A stretch of 64,000 nucleotides of DNA from Armatimonadota bacterium (GTDB lineage: Bacteria > Armatimonadota > UBA10988), in the NCBI GenBank assembly GCA_016235455.1, contig JACRKZ010000043.1:1-64000 (forward strand). Reading direction: 5' to 3'. Of the stretch, positions 18,786 to 31,462 are shown one piece after another. Position 1 is the stretch's first letter. The number at the start of each line of letters is the position of its first letter. A program made the position numbers and the translations under genes. The notes under the pieces were generated by a model, which saw nothing but the letters and a program-made list of their open reading frames with translations, had not been told where the DNA came from and did no database searches.

Positions 18786-19856
18786 CTACGCGCTGCGCAT
18801 CGTGCTCAGCGGGTCGAGCCGGCGCGGGCAGGCCTGGTTGCAGGCGCCGCAGTTGGTGCAGGCGGCCAGGCTGTGGCGCGGCGGGATGCTGCGCAGCAGA
18901 TCGGCGGCCAGGCGCGCATCGCCACGGCCGCGATAGAGGTCGGCGCGCAGGTAGTCGGAGACGGCCACGCGGTTCGGGCAGGCCTTGGCGCAGGTGCCGC
19001 AGTGGGTGCAGCTGGCGGCCAGGGCCACGGCGGGGTCACGCGGCACGTCGAGGCTGGCCAGGCCCTGGGTGATCGTCTCGATGTTCTGCCGGACCTGGTC
19101 GACACTATTCATGCCGGGGGTCAAGGTGTGCATGTTCGGGTTGCCCTTGAGCAGCTTGACCAGCTTCTCGCCGAACGTGCCGGGGCCATGGGCCACCTTC
19201 ATGGCCATGAAGCCCATCTTCTGCTTGGCGACGGCGTCGGCGAGCACCGGGTCGAGCTCGCCCGAGTTGCCCGTGTTGTAGGCCACGAGCACCACATCGC
19301 GCCAGCCGGCGGCCGCGCAGGCATTGATGCGGGCGGCCTGGTTGTTGTGCGCGGCGAAGCCCGAGAAGCGGATCTTGCCCGCCTCCTTGAGCTTGGCATA
19401 CGCGTCGCGCTCGCCGTCGCTGAAGTCGTTGGTGTCGGGGATGAGCACGTCGATGTGGTCGGTATTGAGCGTGCGCAGGGCTTCATCCACGCCGCCGGGC
19501 CCGGTCTTGACCGCCAGATAGACCTTGTCGCGCTTCTCGCGCATGACCTCGCCGATGATCTGGATCGACTTGCCGCCGGTGTAGCCGGGGCAGGTGTGAA
19601 TGTAGTTGATGCCCTGGTCGATGGCGAAGTCGACCACACGGCGGTGGCTGGCGTCGGACAGCTGGATGCCGCCGAACGACAGGGCTGTCACTTCCAGGCC
19701 GGTGCGGCCGAGCTTGCGCTTGGGCAGTTCGGTGGCTGCCTGGGCGCTCGTCCAATCGCCAAAGACCAGCCCGCTGGCTGCCACCACGGCGCCCGTGGTG
19801 ACCATGAACTCGCGCCGCGAGGCCCCACTGGCCGTCGGCTGTACCGTCTCCGCCAT
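18786..19856 (-). CDS. Tat-exported aldo/keto reductase with C-terminal 2x[4Fe-4S] domain (paralog 1)
   Basis: SRREFM Tat motif; LPKRKLGRTGLEVTALSFG; two CxxCxxCxxxCP motifs. Confidence 0.88.
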   Translation of the reverse strand: MAETVQPTASGASRREFMVTTGAVVAASGLVFGDWTSAQAATELPKRKLGRTGLEVTALSFGGIQLSDASHRRVVDFAIDQGINYIHTCPGYTGGKSIQIIGEVMREKRDKVYLAVKTGPGGVDEALRTLNTDHIDVLIPDTNDFSDGERDAYAKLKEAGKIRFSGFAAHNNQAARINACAAAGWRDVVLVAYNTGNSGELDPVLADAVAKQKMGFMAMKVAHGPGTFGEKLVKLLKGNPNMHTLTPGMNSVDQVRQNIETITQGLASLDVPRDPAVALAASCTHCGTCAKACPNRVAVSDYLRADLYRGRGDARLAADLLRSIPPRHSLAACTNCGACNQACPRRLDPLSTMRSA

Positions 19857-19963
19857 CTTCTACCTCCGTATTGGTCCGGTGCGCCGTTGTTAAACGAACA
19901 ACCCGGCCCACTGCTGGGTATAGCACATCGGTCGGGCGGTTGTCCACCATGCGCCGCGCGGCG

Positions 19964-20004
19964 CCCAAAACGCGACGCGGGCGGCTGCCGCCGCCCGCGT
20001 CGCG
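19964..20004 (-). terminator. Rho-independent terminator after AKR paralog 2
   Basis: Perfect 15-bp stem cgcgacgcgggcggc/gccgcccgcgtcgcg with a 4-nt loop, followed by TTTT on the minus strand. Confidence 0.7.
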
Positions 20005-20023
20005 AGACTCACGTGCCCGGAGA

Positions 20024-21097
20024 CTAGACCGAGCGCATCGTGCTCAGCACATCGATGCGTTGCGGGCAAGCCTTGTTGCACTCGCTGCAGCCCGTGCAGG
20101 CGGCCAGGCTGTGCCGCTGGGGGATGCTGCGCAGCAGATCCGAAGCCAAGCGGGTGTCGCCGCGGCGCTTGTAGAGGTCGGCGCGCAGGTAGTCGGCCAC
20201 GGCCACGCGCTGCGGGCAGGACTTGGCGCAATGTCCGCAGTCGGTGCAGCCCGCCGCGGCGGTGTGGATCGGCTGCTCGCCCGGCAGGTCAAGCATGGCG
20301 AAGGCCTGCGAGACGGCGGCGATGTTGTCCTTGACCTGCTGCACGCTGTTCATGCCGGGGGTGACCGTGGTCAAGTTGGGGTTGCCCTTGAGCAGCTTGA
20401 CGATCTTCTCGGTGAAGGCGCCGGCGCCCTCGGCCACCTTCATGGCCATGAAGCCCATCTTCTGCTTGGTGACGGCGTCCTTGATGACCGGGTCGAGTTC
20501 GGCGCGGTTGCCCACGTTGTACTTGACCAAGACCACGTCGCGCCAGCCCGCCGTGACGGCGTTGCGGATGCTCTCGGCCATGCCGTTGTGCGTGGCGTAG
20601 CCCGAGAAGCGGATCTTGCCCGCCTGCCGCAGCTTGGCGTAGGCTTCCTTCTCACGGTCCGAGAAGTCGCGCGTGTCGGGGATCATGACGTCGATGTGGT
20701 CGGTGTTGAGCGTGCGCAGCACGCCGTCGATCTCGCCAGGGCTGCACTTAATGGCCAGGTAGACCTTGTCGCGCTTGGCGCGCATGACCTCGCCAATGAC
20801 CTCGATCGACTTGCCACCGGTGTAGCCGGGGCAGGTATGGATGTAGTTGATGCCATTGTCGATGGCGTAGTCGACCACGCGCCGGTGGCTGGCGTCGGAG
20901 ACCTGAATGCCGCCGAACGACAGTGCCGTCACATTCAAGCCCGTGCGGCCCAGCTTGCGCTTGGGCAGGCCGGTGGCCGCCTGGGCGCTGGTCCAGTCGC
21001 CGAAGACCAACCCGCTGGCCGCGACGACGGCGCCGGTGGTGACCATGAACTCACGTCGCGACGCGCCCGGAGCGGTCGTCTCGTTGATTTCTGACAT
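20024..21097 (-). CDS. Tat-exported aldo/keto reductase with C-terminal 2x[4Fe-4S] domain (paralog 2)
   Basis: GGAGG RBS before ATG 21097 (MSEINETT); collinear with and highly similar to 18786-19856. Confidence 0.88.
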   Translation of the reverse strand: MSEINETTAPGASRREFMVTTGAVVAASGLVFGDWTSAQAATGLPKRKLGRTGLNVTALSFGGIQVSDASHRRVVDYAIDNGINYIHTCPGYTGGKSIEVIGEVMRAKRDKVYLAIKCSPGEIDGVLRTLNTDHIDVMIPDTRDFSDREKEAYAKLRQAGKIRFSGYATHNGMAESIRNAVTAGWRDVVLVKYNVGNRAELDPVIKDAVTKQKMGFMAMKVAEGAGAFTEKIVKLLKGNPNLTTVTPGMNSVQQVKDNIAAVSQAFAMLDLPGEQPIHTAAAGCTDCGHCAKSCPQRVAVADYLRADLYKRRGDTRLASDLLRSIPQRHSLAACTGCSECNKACPQRIDVLSTMRSV

Positions 21098-21376
21098 CTG
21101 GTTCCTCCGCAATCGCCCGAGCCTGCTGCTGCTCGGCGATCGATACTTTGCTCGTTCCCGCGTCCTACCGCTGGATGCGGTTCTGGTCCGATCTATGTGC
21201 TGGATGATGGCGGGTGCGGCCGCCTTTGGTATTGACGCCAACGATGCCCTGAAGGGTTCGGCGATCGGACGCACAATGTCAGGTTGCTCTTGCCCAGACG
21301 CGCGACTCGCCAAACCCAGCGAGTCCGATCTGTATACCATACCGCCAGGTGCTATTTCAAGCAGGAGGGTCCGATC

Positions 21377-22549
21377 ATGCGGGCTGGCATCGCCAAAGGC
21401 TTCATCACACCGCCGCTGCCCGTGCAGTTGGCCGGCTACGGGATCGAACGTGTCTGCACGGAAGTTGCCGACGAGTTGGCCGCGCGGGCGCTGGTCGTCG
21501 AGCAGGATGGGCGACGCGTGGCGCTGCTCTCGGCCGAGCTGCTGTGGCTGGAGCGGCGGCACGTGCGGGTCATTCGCGACCATGTGGCCCGGCTCTGCGG
21601 CCTGGCGCCGGACGATGTCATGGTCTCGGTCATCCACACCCATGCCGGGCCGGACACGCTCGACTGGTACGATTTCGCGCCTGTGGAGCCGGCCTGGCTG
21701 GGCACGCTGCTGCGTCAGCTGGCTGGACTGGTCTGGCTGGCCTGCCAGCGGCTGCGGCCGGTGCGCGCCGAGCTGACCTTTGGCCACCTGCCCATCGGCA
21801 TCAACCGCCGGCAATTTGGGCCGAACGGCTGCTTCATCGGCGAAGACCCCGAGCGGCCGTATGACGAGCGCGCCACCGGGCTGCGCCTGCTCGACGACGA
21901 CGGCCGGCTGTATGCCAGCGTGGTCTGTGGCACGGCGCATCCGGTCAGCCTCGGCTCGGCCGAAGCGCTGGTCAGCGGCGACTGGCCGGGGCTCATGTGC
22001 CGCATGGTGGAGTCCACGCTGGGCGGCACGTGTCTCTTTGTCAACGGCGCCTGCGGCGACATCAACCCGCAGATGTGGGGCGTGCGCGGCTATCAGACCA
22101 TGCAGCGCATCGGCCATCGGGCTGGCGGCGCGGCCATCGAGCTGCTGTCGCAGGCCACGGTGCGCGAAGCGGAGGGAGTCGGCGCTGCACGACGCGAGTT
22201 GACCGTGCCGCACCGCGACCACCCCTACCTGTCCATTCCGCTCAAGCGGCGGCTGGCCGAGGATGGCGCGGTCATCACCGAGGTGCAGGCTCTGCGGCTC
22301 GGGCCGCTGCACCTGATCAGCCAGCCGGGCGAGTGCCTGACCGAGACCGGCTGGCGCATCCAGCGCGAAACCAAGCTGGCCGACGCGGTCATCGCCGGCT
22401 ATACCAACGACTACGTGGGCTATCTGCCGCTGCCGCACATCTATGACGAGGGCGGCTACGAGCCGGGAGCGACCATGCTGCCCGCGGACTCCGTGCTGGC
22501 CGTGGTGGCCGCGGCGGTGGAGGTGGGCGATGCTCTGGCAGGCGCCTGA
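21377..22549 (+). CDS. Neutral/alkaline ceramidase-like metallohydrolase
   Basis: ITPPLPVQLAGY, IHTHAGP, AHPV, NGACGDINP and GYTNDYVGYLP...GGYE motifs; AGGAGG RBS. Confidence 0.82.
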   Translation: MRAGIAKGFITPPLPVQLAGYGIERVCTEVADELAARALVVEQDGRRVALLSAELLWLERRHVRVIRDHVARLCGLAPDDVMVSVIHTHAGPDTLDWYDFAPVEPAWLGTLLRQLAGLVWLACQRLRPVRAELTFGHLPIGINRRQFGPNGCFIGEDPERPYDERATGLRLLDDDGRLYASVVCGTAHPVSLGSAEALVSGDWPGLMCRMVESTLGGTCLFVNGACGDINPQMWGVRGYQTMQRIGHRAGGAAIELLSQATVREAEGVGAARRELTVPHRDHPYLSIPLKRRLAEDGAVITEVQALRLGPLHLISQPGECLTETGWRIQRETKLADAVIAGYTNDYVGYLPLPHIYDEGGYEPGATMLPADSVLAVVAAAVEVGDALAGA

Positions 22550-23804
22550 CAACCTGCACTACCTGCTGCCCGACGACGTGGCCTGGCGGACCCAGGTGCT
22601 GGCCGTCGAACGCGAGGTCGAGGTCATCCCCATCGCCGAGGGCGAGTTGCGCCCCTGGCTGCGCGTGCTGCGTCTGGGCAGCGGGCCGCTGCACATCGCC
22701 GTGGTGGGCAACGCCCATGCGGACGAGCCGTCGGGCACCGTGGCCATCATGGCCCTGGCCGAAGACCTGGCTGTGGGCGGCTCGCTGAGCCCGCTGCTCG
22801 AGCAGGTGACGCTGCATCTGCTGCCCACGCTCAACCCGCTGGGCCTGCTGCGCAACCGTGACTGGCTGCTCTCGCCGACGCCGTCGTTGGGCGACTACCT
22901 GCGGCTGGCTCGCCGCGATGCGCCCGGCCAGGACCGCGAGTTCGGCTACGGCGAGACGCCGACGCAGGCGGCCCACGCCGAATGCGCTGCCTGGCACGGC
23001 TATCTGGACGCGCTGCCGCGGCTGGACGGCTATGCCAGCCTGCACTCTATGGCCTTTGGTGGTGGCGCGCTGTTCCTCGGCCAGTTCGATGATGTGCCGC
23101 GCTGGATGATGCTGCGCACGCAGTTGTCGGATGACATGGTGCACCGTCGCCGCAAGACGCTGCACGACGAGGATCGCGGCGGGCGCAAGGGCTTTGGCTA
23201 CATCGCGCCCGGCTGGTGGACCGCGCCGACGCGCGAGGCCATGTCCGCCTTCCTGGCCAAGGGTCAGCCCGACGCGGCCAACTGGCTGCGGCTCAACTCC
23301 ATGCAAGTGGCGCGCGCGCGTCACCAGGTGCCGGTGGCGTTGGTCTCCGAGCTGCCGCAGTACTGCGTGCCGGCGCTCAGCGATCAGGCGCCCAGCGCCC
23401 TGAGCCGCGCCGAGGTCGATGAGCGGACCGGCCGCGAGCTGGCCGAGACCGCGGCCGAACTGGCGGCCATCGACGCGCACGAGGCCGAGCACCGCCTGGC
23501 CCAGGCCAACGGGCTGCTGGCCAACGCCGAGAGCTGGGGTGACCGGCAGGCCAATGTAGGGTATGCTCTGGCCGGCCGGCTGGCGGTCTATCGCGCTCGT
23601 GTGGCCAACGAGGCCGCCGCGCTGCGGCTGGATCGCGAACGCGGACAACGGCCCAGCCCGATCCGCGTGCAGCGCTTCGGTGAGCGGCTGGCGGCGCTGG
23701 TCGCGCGCTTTGAGCCGCAGGCCTGGACCTTGGCGGAGCAAGTCAGCGCGCAATTGACCATGGTGCAGCGCCTGATAGAGCATCTGGTGCGGGAGCGAGC
23801 ATGA
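22530..23804 (+). CDS. M14-family zinc carboxypeptidase-like protein with helical C-terminal extension
   Basis: GNAHADE (HxxE), LPTLNPLG, DREF and SLHSM motifs. Confidence 0.72.
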   Translation: MLWQAPDNLHYLLPDDVAWRTQVLAVEREVEVIPIAEGELRPWLRVLRLGSGPLHIAVVGNAHADEPSGTVAIMALAEDLAVGGSLSPLLEQVTLHLLPTLNPLGLLRNRDWLLSPTPSLGDYLRLARRDAPGQDREFGYGETPTQAAHAECAAWHGYLDALPRLDGYASLHSMAFGGGALFLGQFDDVPRWMMLRTQLSDDMVHRRRKTLHDEDRGGRKGFGYIAPGWWTAPTREAMSAFLAKGQPDAANWLRLNSMQVARARHQVPVALVSELPQYCVPALSDQAPSALSRAEVDERTGRELAETAAELAAIDAHEAEHRLAQANGLLANAESWGDRQANVGYALAGRLAVYRARVANEAAALRLDRERGQRPSPIRVQRFGERLAALVARFEPQAWTLAEQVSAQLTMVQRLIEHLVRERA

Positions 23805-24565
23805 TCGATGTGCAGGGAGCCTGGTGCGGGTACTTCGGCCGGCGCGCCGAGGTGCGCTTCACGGCCGCCTGTGAGCACTGCGGCACGCGCCTGCCGCTGG
23901 ACTCCTACGACACGCGTGAGTGGTTCCGTCTGGGTCCGTTGCCCGTCTATCCGCTGACCGCCTACCGCATCCTCAACGCCTGCTCGCTGTGCGGGTTCAG
24001 CCGGCGCCTGCCACTTGAGCAGTACCGCAGGTGGGCGCTGGACCAGGTGGCCGCCGACCGTGCCGTGCTCGACGCCCATCCGGCTGACGCCGACATGCGC
24101 CTCGCGCTGGCCTGGCGGCAGTACGGCCTGGGCCTGATGTGGGAAGCGCTGGCCACCTTGGCGCCGCTGCTGGTGGACGCCGATGGCCCGGCGGCCGCGC
24201 ACCATGTGGCCGGGCTGTGCCACCGCGCCTTGGGCCAGCCGGCCGCGGCCATCGCGGCGCTCTCCGTGGCGGTCGACCGCGAGCCCGGCCAGGCCGTGCA
24301 CCACCTCGACCTGGGCCGAGCGCTGCTGGCCGGTCGGGGCGATGTGGACCGGGCACTCGGCCACATCGAAGCCGCCACCCGCGAGGCGCCCGAGGATGTC
24401 GACGCCTGGGTGACGCTGGCCGCGGCGCTGGCCAAACGCGGCCGCTGGGCCGGCGCGGTGTCGGCCTGGGAGCAGGCCTTGGCGCTGCGGCCGGGGTTGG
24501 CGGCATCGCCGTTGTACAAGCCGGCAATTGAGCGCGCGCGGGCTAATGCGCGCGGGGATATGTAG
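23801..24565 (+). CDS. Zinc-ribbon plus TPR-repeat protein
   Basis: CEHC...WFRLGPLPVYP...CSLC (zinc_ribbon_15-like), followed by several TPR-like helix pairs. Confidence 0.75.
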   Translation: MIDVQGAWCGYFGRRAEVRFTAACEHCGTRLPLDSYDTREWFRLGPLPVYPLTAYRILNACSLCGFSRRLPLEQYRRWALDQVAADRAVLDAHPADADMRLALAWRQYGLGLMWEALATLAPLLVDADGPAAAHHVAGLCHRALGQPAAAIAALSVAVDREPGQAVHHLDLGRALLAGRGDVDRALGHIEAATREAPEDVDAWVTLAAALAKRGRWAGAVSAWEQALALRPGLAASPLYKPAIERARANARGDM

Positions 24566-24567
24566 CC

Positions 24568-25620
24568 ATGCCCTTCCAACCCGACTACCGCCACTTCGCA
24601 GCGCTCATGCGCAACGAGCGGCCCGCGCGGCTGCCTTTCTATGAGCACGTCTTCAGCCCCGCGATCATGGAGACCGTGCTCGAGCGCGAGTTCATGGGCC
24701 TGTCGGGCGGCGATGCGGCCGATCAGGTCGAGTTCTTCCGCCTGTACAACCAGTTCTTCGCCCAGATGGGCTACGACACGGTCATCTGGGAGGTGTGCGT
24801 CGGCGGCATCCTGCCGGGCAACAGTGCGCTCTGTGGCGGCCGTGGGCCGATCCAGTCGCGCGCCGATTTCCAGGCCTATCCCTGGGGCGAACTGGCCGAG
24901 CGCTTCTGGCGCGTGGCCACGCCGTCGTACGACGCCTTCGTGGCCAGCATTCCCGCGGGCATGAAGGCGGTGGGCGGGGTGGGCAACGGCGTGTTCGAGA
25001 TCGCCGAGACGCTCGTCGGGCTGGAGCATCTGCCGTACATGCAGGTGGATGACCCCGAGCTGTATACCGAGCTGTTCGCGCGGATCGGCAGTCTGCTTAC
25101 CGGGCTTTGGGCCGAGTTCCTACCGCGCTATGGCCAGTACTACGTGGCCGGCCGCATGGGCGACGACCTGGGCCACAAGCGCTCGCTGCTGACCAACCCG
25201 CGGACCGTGCGCGACCACATTCTGCCGCAGTACAAGCGGATCATCGACACCATCCACGGCGCCGGGCTGCCGTTCTTGTGGCATTCGTGCGGCTGTATCT
25301 TCGAGGTCATGGACGACGTCATCGCGCTGGGCATCGATGCCAAGCACTCCAACGAGGACACCATCGCGCCGTTCCAGGCCTGGATCGACCGCTACAGCGA
25401 CCGCATCGCGCTGCTGGGCGGGTTCGACCTCGACTTCCTCTGCACGCAGAGCCCCGACGTCATCTACGACACCGTGCTCGACCAGGGCCGGCGTTACCGA
25501 GTCAGCGCCCGCGGCTGGGCGCTGGGCTCGGGCAACTCCATCCCCGACTATGTGCCGGTCGACAGCTACTTGGCCATGATCCGCGCCGGCCAGGCGCTGC
25601 GGGCCGAAGAGGCTCCCTAG
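24568..25620 (+). CDS. Uroporphyrinogen decarboxylase family protein
   Basis: MGDDLG, WHSCG, KHSNED, LLGGFD and LGSGNSIPDYVP motifs. Confidence 0.88.
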   Translation: MPFQPDYRHFAALMRNERPARLPFYEHVFSPAIMETVLEREFMGLSGGDAADQVEFFRLYNQFFAQMGYDTVIWEVCVGGILPGNSALCGGRGPIQSRADFQAYPWGELAERFWRVATPSYDAFVASIPAGMKAVGGVGNGVFEIAETLVGLEHLPYMQVDDPELYTELFARIGSLLTGLWAEFLPRYGQYYVAGRMGDDLGHKRSLLTNPRTVRDHILPQYKRIIDTIHGAGLPFLWHSCGCIFEVMDDVIALGIDAKHSNEDTIAPFQAWIDRYSDRIALLGGFDLDFLCTQSPDVIYDTVLDQGRRYRVSARGWALGSGNSIPDYVPVDSYLAMIRAGQALRAEEAP

Positions 25621-25622
25621 AG

Positions 25623-28928
<3,306 letters not shown>

Positions 28929-28987
28929 TGCGGTTTCTCCACGCTCTACAGGATGGCCGATATGGCCCGCCACGACAAGTGCCACCT

Positions 28988-29013
28988 TCAATATACCCCC
29001 ATGGGTATATTGA
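28988..29013. promoter_or_regulatory. Palindromic operator (CsoR/RcnR/CstR type) overlapping the RND promoter
   Basis: TCAATATACCC-CCAT-GGGTATATTGA has perfect 11-bp arms and spans the spacer and -10 box of minus-strand TTGACA-18 nt-TATATT. Confidence 0.75.
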
Positions 29014-29074
29014 TGTCAAGGAGTCCGGCAGGAATCGCCGGGCGGGTCGCCAAGGGTGTGGCTGGAGACGAGCC

Positions 29075-31441
29075 ATGTCCCCTGTGGTGACTTGCGCGGT
29101 GTTCTTGGCGGTGGCGGCGGCGATGGGCGCGGAGGCGCCGGTCATCGTGGCGCCCTCCTATGCCGACGATGCGGCGGCGCGCGCGGCGTGGGTGCCGATG
29201 GCGGGCACCCGGCCGGTGGAGCAGGTTAGGCTGCCCGACGGACCAGCGCTGCGGCTGCCCATCACCTTCGCGGGCACCACCATCGACCGTGCCTCGTGGG
29301 ACCTGCAGGCCCAGCTCGACCTGACCACGAGCCGGGGCATCACCTTCCAGGTGCGCTGCGCCGATCCGTCGCCAGTGTCGTACTTCAGCGTGTACTTCCA
29401 GAGCGGGGCCGGCTGGTACCACACCGAGTGGTTCCCCGACGGCGGCGATGGCTGGAGTACGGTGACCATCAACAAGTCGGTCATGGGCAGCGAGGGTGAG
29501 CCCGCCGGCTGGGGCAAGATCACCGCGGTCCGCTTCTCCGCCTGGCGCGGCGAGGCGCGTGACACCGAGTTGTTCGTGCGCCAGGTGGCGCGCGCCGGCG
29601 TGGCCGGCGTGGATACCAATGTCGTGGTCATCCGCAACGAGGGCGACGGGGCCGAGTTCGCCAACCAGATGGCTGACAAGCTGGTCACTGCCGGCATCGG
29701 CGCGGTCATGCTCAGCGCGGCCGAGGTGACGCCCGAGTTGCTCAAGCCGTACGCCGTGGCCGTCCTGCCGTACAACCCGACCTTGCCCGCGCCCGCGCTC
29801 GCCGCGCTCGAAGGGTTCGTGGCCGGCGGCGGCAAGCTGCTGGCCTGCTATGGCTTCCCCGCGGCGCTGGCCAAGGCGGTGGGCATCGAGATCGTCGACT
29901 TCAAGCGCCAGGAACGGCCCGGCCAGTTCGCCGCCATCGCCGTGCGACCTGGTGAGCTGCCCGGCGCGCCGGCCGTGGCCAAGCAGGCGTCGTGGAACGT
30001 GAACGTGGCCAGGACCGGCGGGCCGGCCAAGGTCGTCGCCGATTGGCTCGACGACAAGGGCCAGCCGACGGGCTACGGCGCCATCGTCGAGACGCCGCAG
30101 GCGCTGTGGCTGACGCATGTCCTGCTGAGCGATGGTGGCGCGGCCAAGGCGCGGCTGCTGCTGGCCATGGTCGGGCGCCTTTCGGCTCAGGTCTGGCGCG
30201 GCGCCGCCGAGGCTGCCGTGGCCCGCGCGGCGCGGGTCAGCCGCTATGCGAGCTTCGACGAAGCGACCGCGGCCCTGGTCAAGGACGGCGCGCCGGCCAA
30301 CGTGCTCGACGGCGCCCGGCGTGAGCATCAGGCGGCGCAGACGCTGTTGGCCGCGGGCCGCTACCCCGAGGCCTTCGACCAGGCCGGCCGCGCCGCCGAG
30401 GCTGCGACGCGCGCCTGGTGCGCCTCACAGAAGCCCCGCGCCGGTGAGTTCCGCGCATTCTGGTGCCATTCGGCGTCGGGCGTGAGCGGCATGACCTGGG
30501 ATCAGGCGGCGGAACTGCTGGCCAAGAACGGCTTCACGGCGGTGCTGCCCAACATGCTGTGGGGTGGTGTGACCTTCGGGCGGAGTGACCTCCTGCCCCA
30601 GGCCTCGGCCACGCGCGACGACATCGCTGACTGCCTGGCCGCCTGCCGCCGGCATGGACTGAAGGTGCATGTGTGGAAGGTCAACTGGAACACCGGCTGG
30701 TCGGTGCCCAAGGAGTTCCTGGACAAGATGCGCGCCGAGGGCCGGCTGCAGATGGACGCCAAGGGCCAGACCGAGCCGTGGCTCTGTCCGTCCAGTCCGG
30801 CCAATCAGCAACTCGAGATCGACTCCATGGTGGAGGTGGCCAGGCGCTACGCTGTCGACGGCCTGCACTTTGACTACATTCGCTACCCGGACAACAACCA
30901 CTGCTTCTGCCCCGGCTGCCGTGAGCGCTTCGCCCGGAGCACGGGCGATGCGCTGGCCGACTGGCCGAAGGTCGCGCTGCCCGGCGGCCGCCTGCGCGCC
31001 GCCTGGCTCGACTGGCGCCGGTCGAACATCACGGCCGTGGTCAAGGGTGTGAGCGAGGGCGCGCGGGCGGTGCGACCGGGCATCCAGCTCTCGGCGGCCG
31101 TGTTCAGCAACTGGGCGGTGGACCGCGACAGCATCGGGCAGGACTGGAAGCTGTGGTGCGACAAGGGCTGGCTGGACTTCGTCTGCCCCATGGACTACAC
31201 GACCAGCAACTATCGCTTTGCTGGCGAGGTCGTCCGGCAGATCGGCTGGGCGGGCAAGGTGCCGGTCTACCCCGGCATCGGCGCCAGCGCCACGGGCATT
31301 GCCATGACGCCCGAGCAGGTCATCGAGCAGATCAAGATCGCGCGCGAGAAGGGCGCCGGCGGCTTCACCATCTTCAACTACGGACCCAACGAAGCCGCCA
31401 ACATCGTGCCCATGCTGGGGCTCGGCATCACCCGGCCATGA
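29075..31441 (+). CDS. Secreted glycoside hydrolase-like protein (GHL10/DUF187 C-terminal domain; CBM-like and GATase-like N-terminal domains)
   Basis: Signal peptide; EFRAFW, WLCPSSP, YAVDGLHFDYIRYP, QDWKLW and DFVCPMDY motifs. Confidence 0.85.
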   Translation: MSPVVTCAVFLAVAAAMGAEAPVIVAPSYADDAAARAAWVPMAGTRPVEQVRLPDGPALRLPITFAGTTIDRASWDLQAQLDLTTSRGITFQVRCADPSPVSYFSVYFQSGAGWYHTEWFPDGGDGWSTVTINKSVMGSEGEPAGWGKITAVRFSAWRGEARDTELFVRQVARAGVAGVDTNVVVIRNEGDGAEFANQMADKLVTAGIGAVMLSAAEVTPELLKPYAVAVLPYNPTLPAPALAALEGFVAGGGKLLACYGFPAALAKAVGIEIVDFKRQERPGQFAAIAVRPGELPGAPAVAKQASWNVNVARTGGPAKVVADWLDDKGQPTGYGAIVETPQALWLTHVLLSDGGAAKARLLLAMVGRLSAQVWRGAAEAAVARAARVSRYASFDEATAALVKDGAPANVLDGARREHQAAQTLLAAGRYPEAFDQAGRAAEAATRAWCASQKPRAGEFRAFWCHSASGVSGMTWDQAAELLAKNGFTAVLPNMLWGGVTFGRSDLLPQASATRDDIADCLAACRRHGLKVHVWKVNWNTGWSVPKEFLDKMRAEGRLQMDAKGQTEPWLCPSSPANQQLEIDSMVEVARRYAVDGLHFDYIRYPDNNHCFCPGCRERFARSTGDALADWPKVALPGGRLRAAWLDWRRSNITAVVKGVSEGARAVRPGIQLSAAVFSNWAVDRDSIGQDWKLWCDKGWLDFVCPMDYTTSNYRFAGEVVRQIGWAGKVPVYPGIGASATGIAMTPEQVIEQIKIAREKGAGGFTIFNYGPNEAANIVPMLGLGITRP

Positions 31442-31462
31442 TCCGAGGGCCGTTGGCAACCG

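Noticed and set aside
21098-22552. N-terminal 485 aa of the 842-aa ORF, suggesting a large AKR fusion
   Set aside because: Antisense to the ceramidase-like gene; the real start is at 21097 with an RBS and a Tat peptide matching the paralog.
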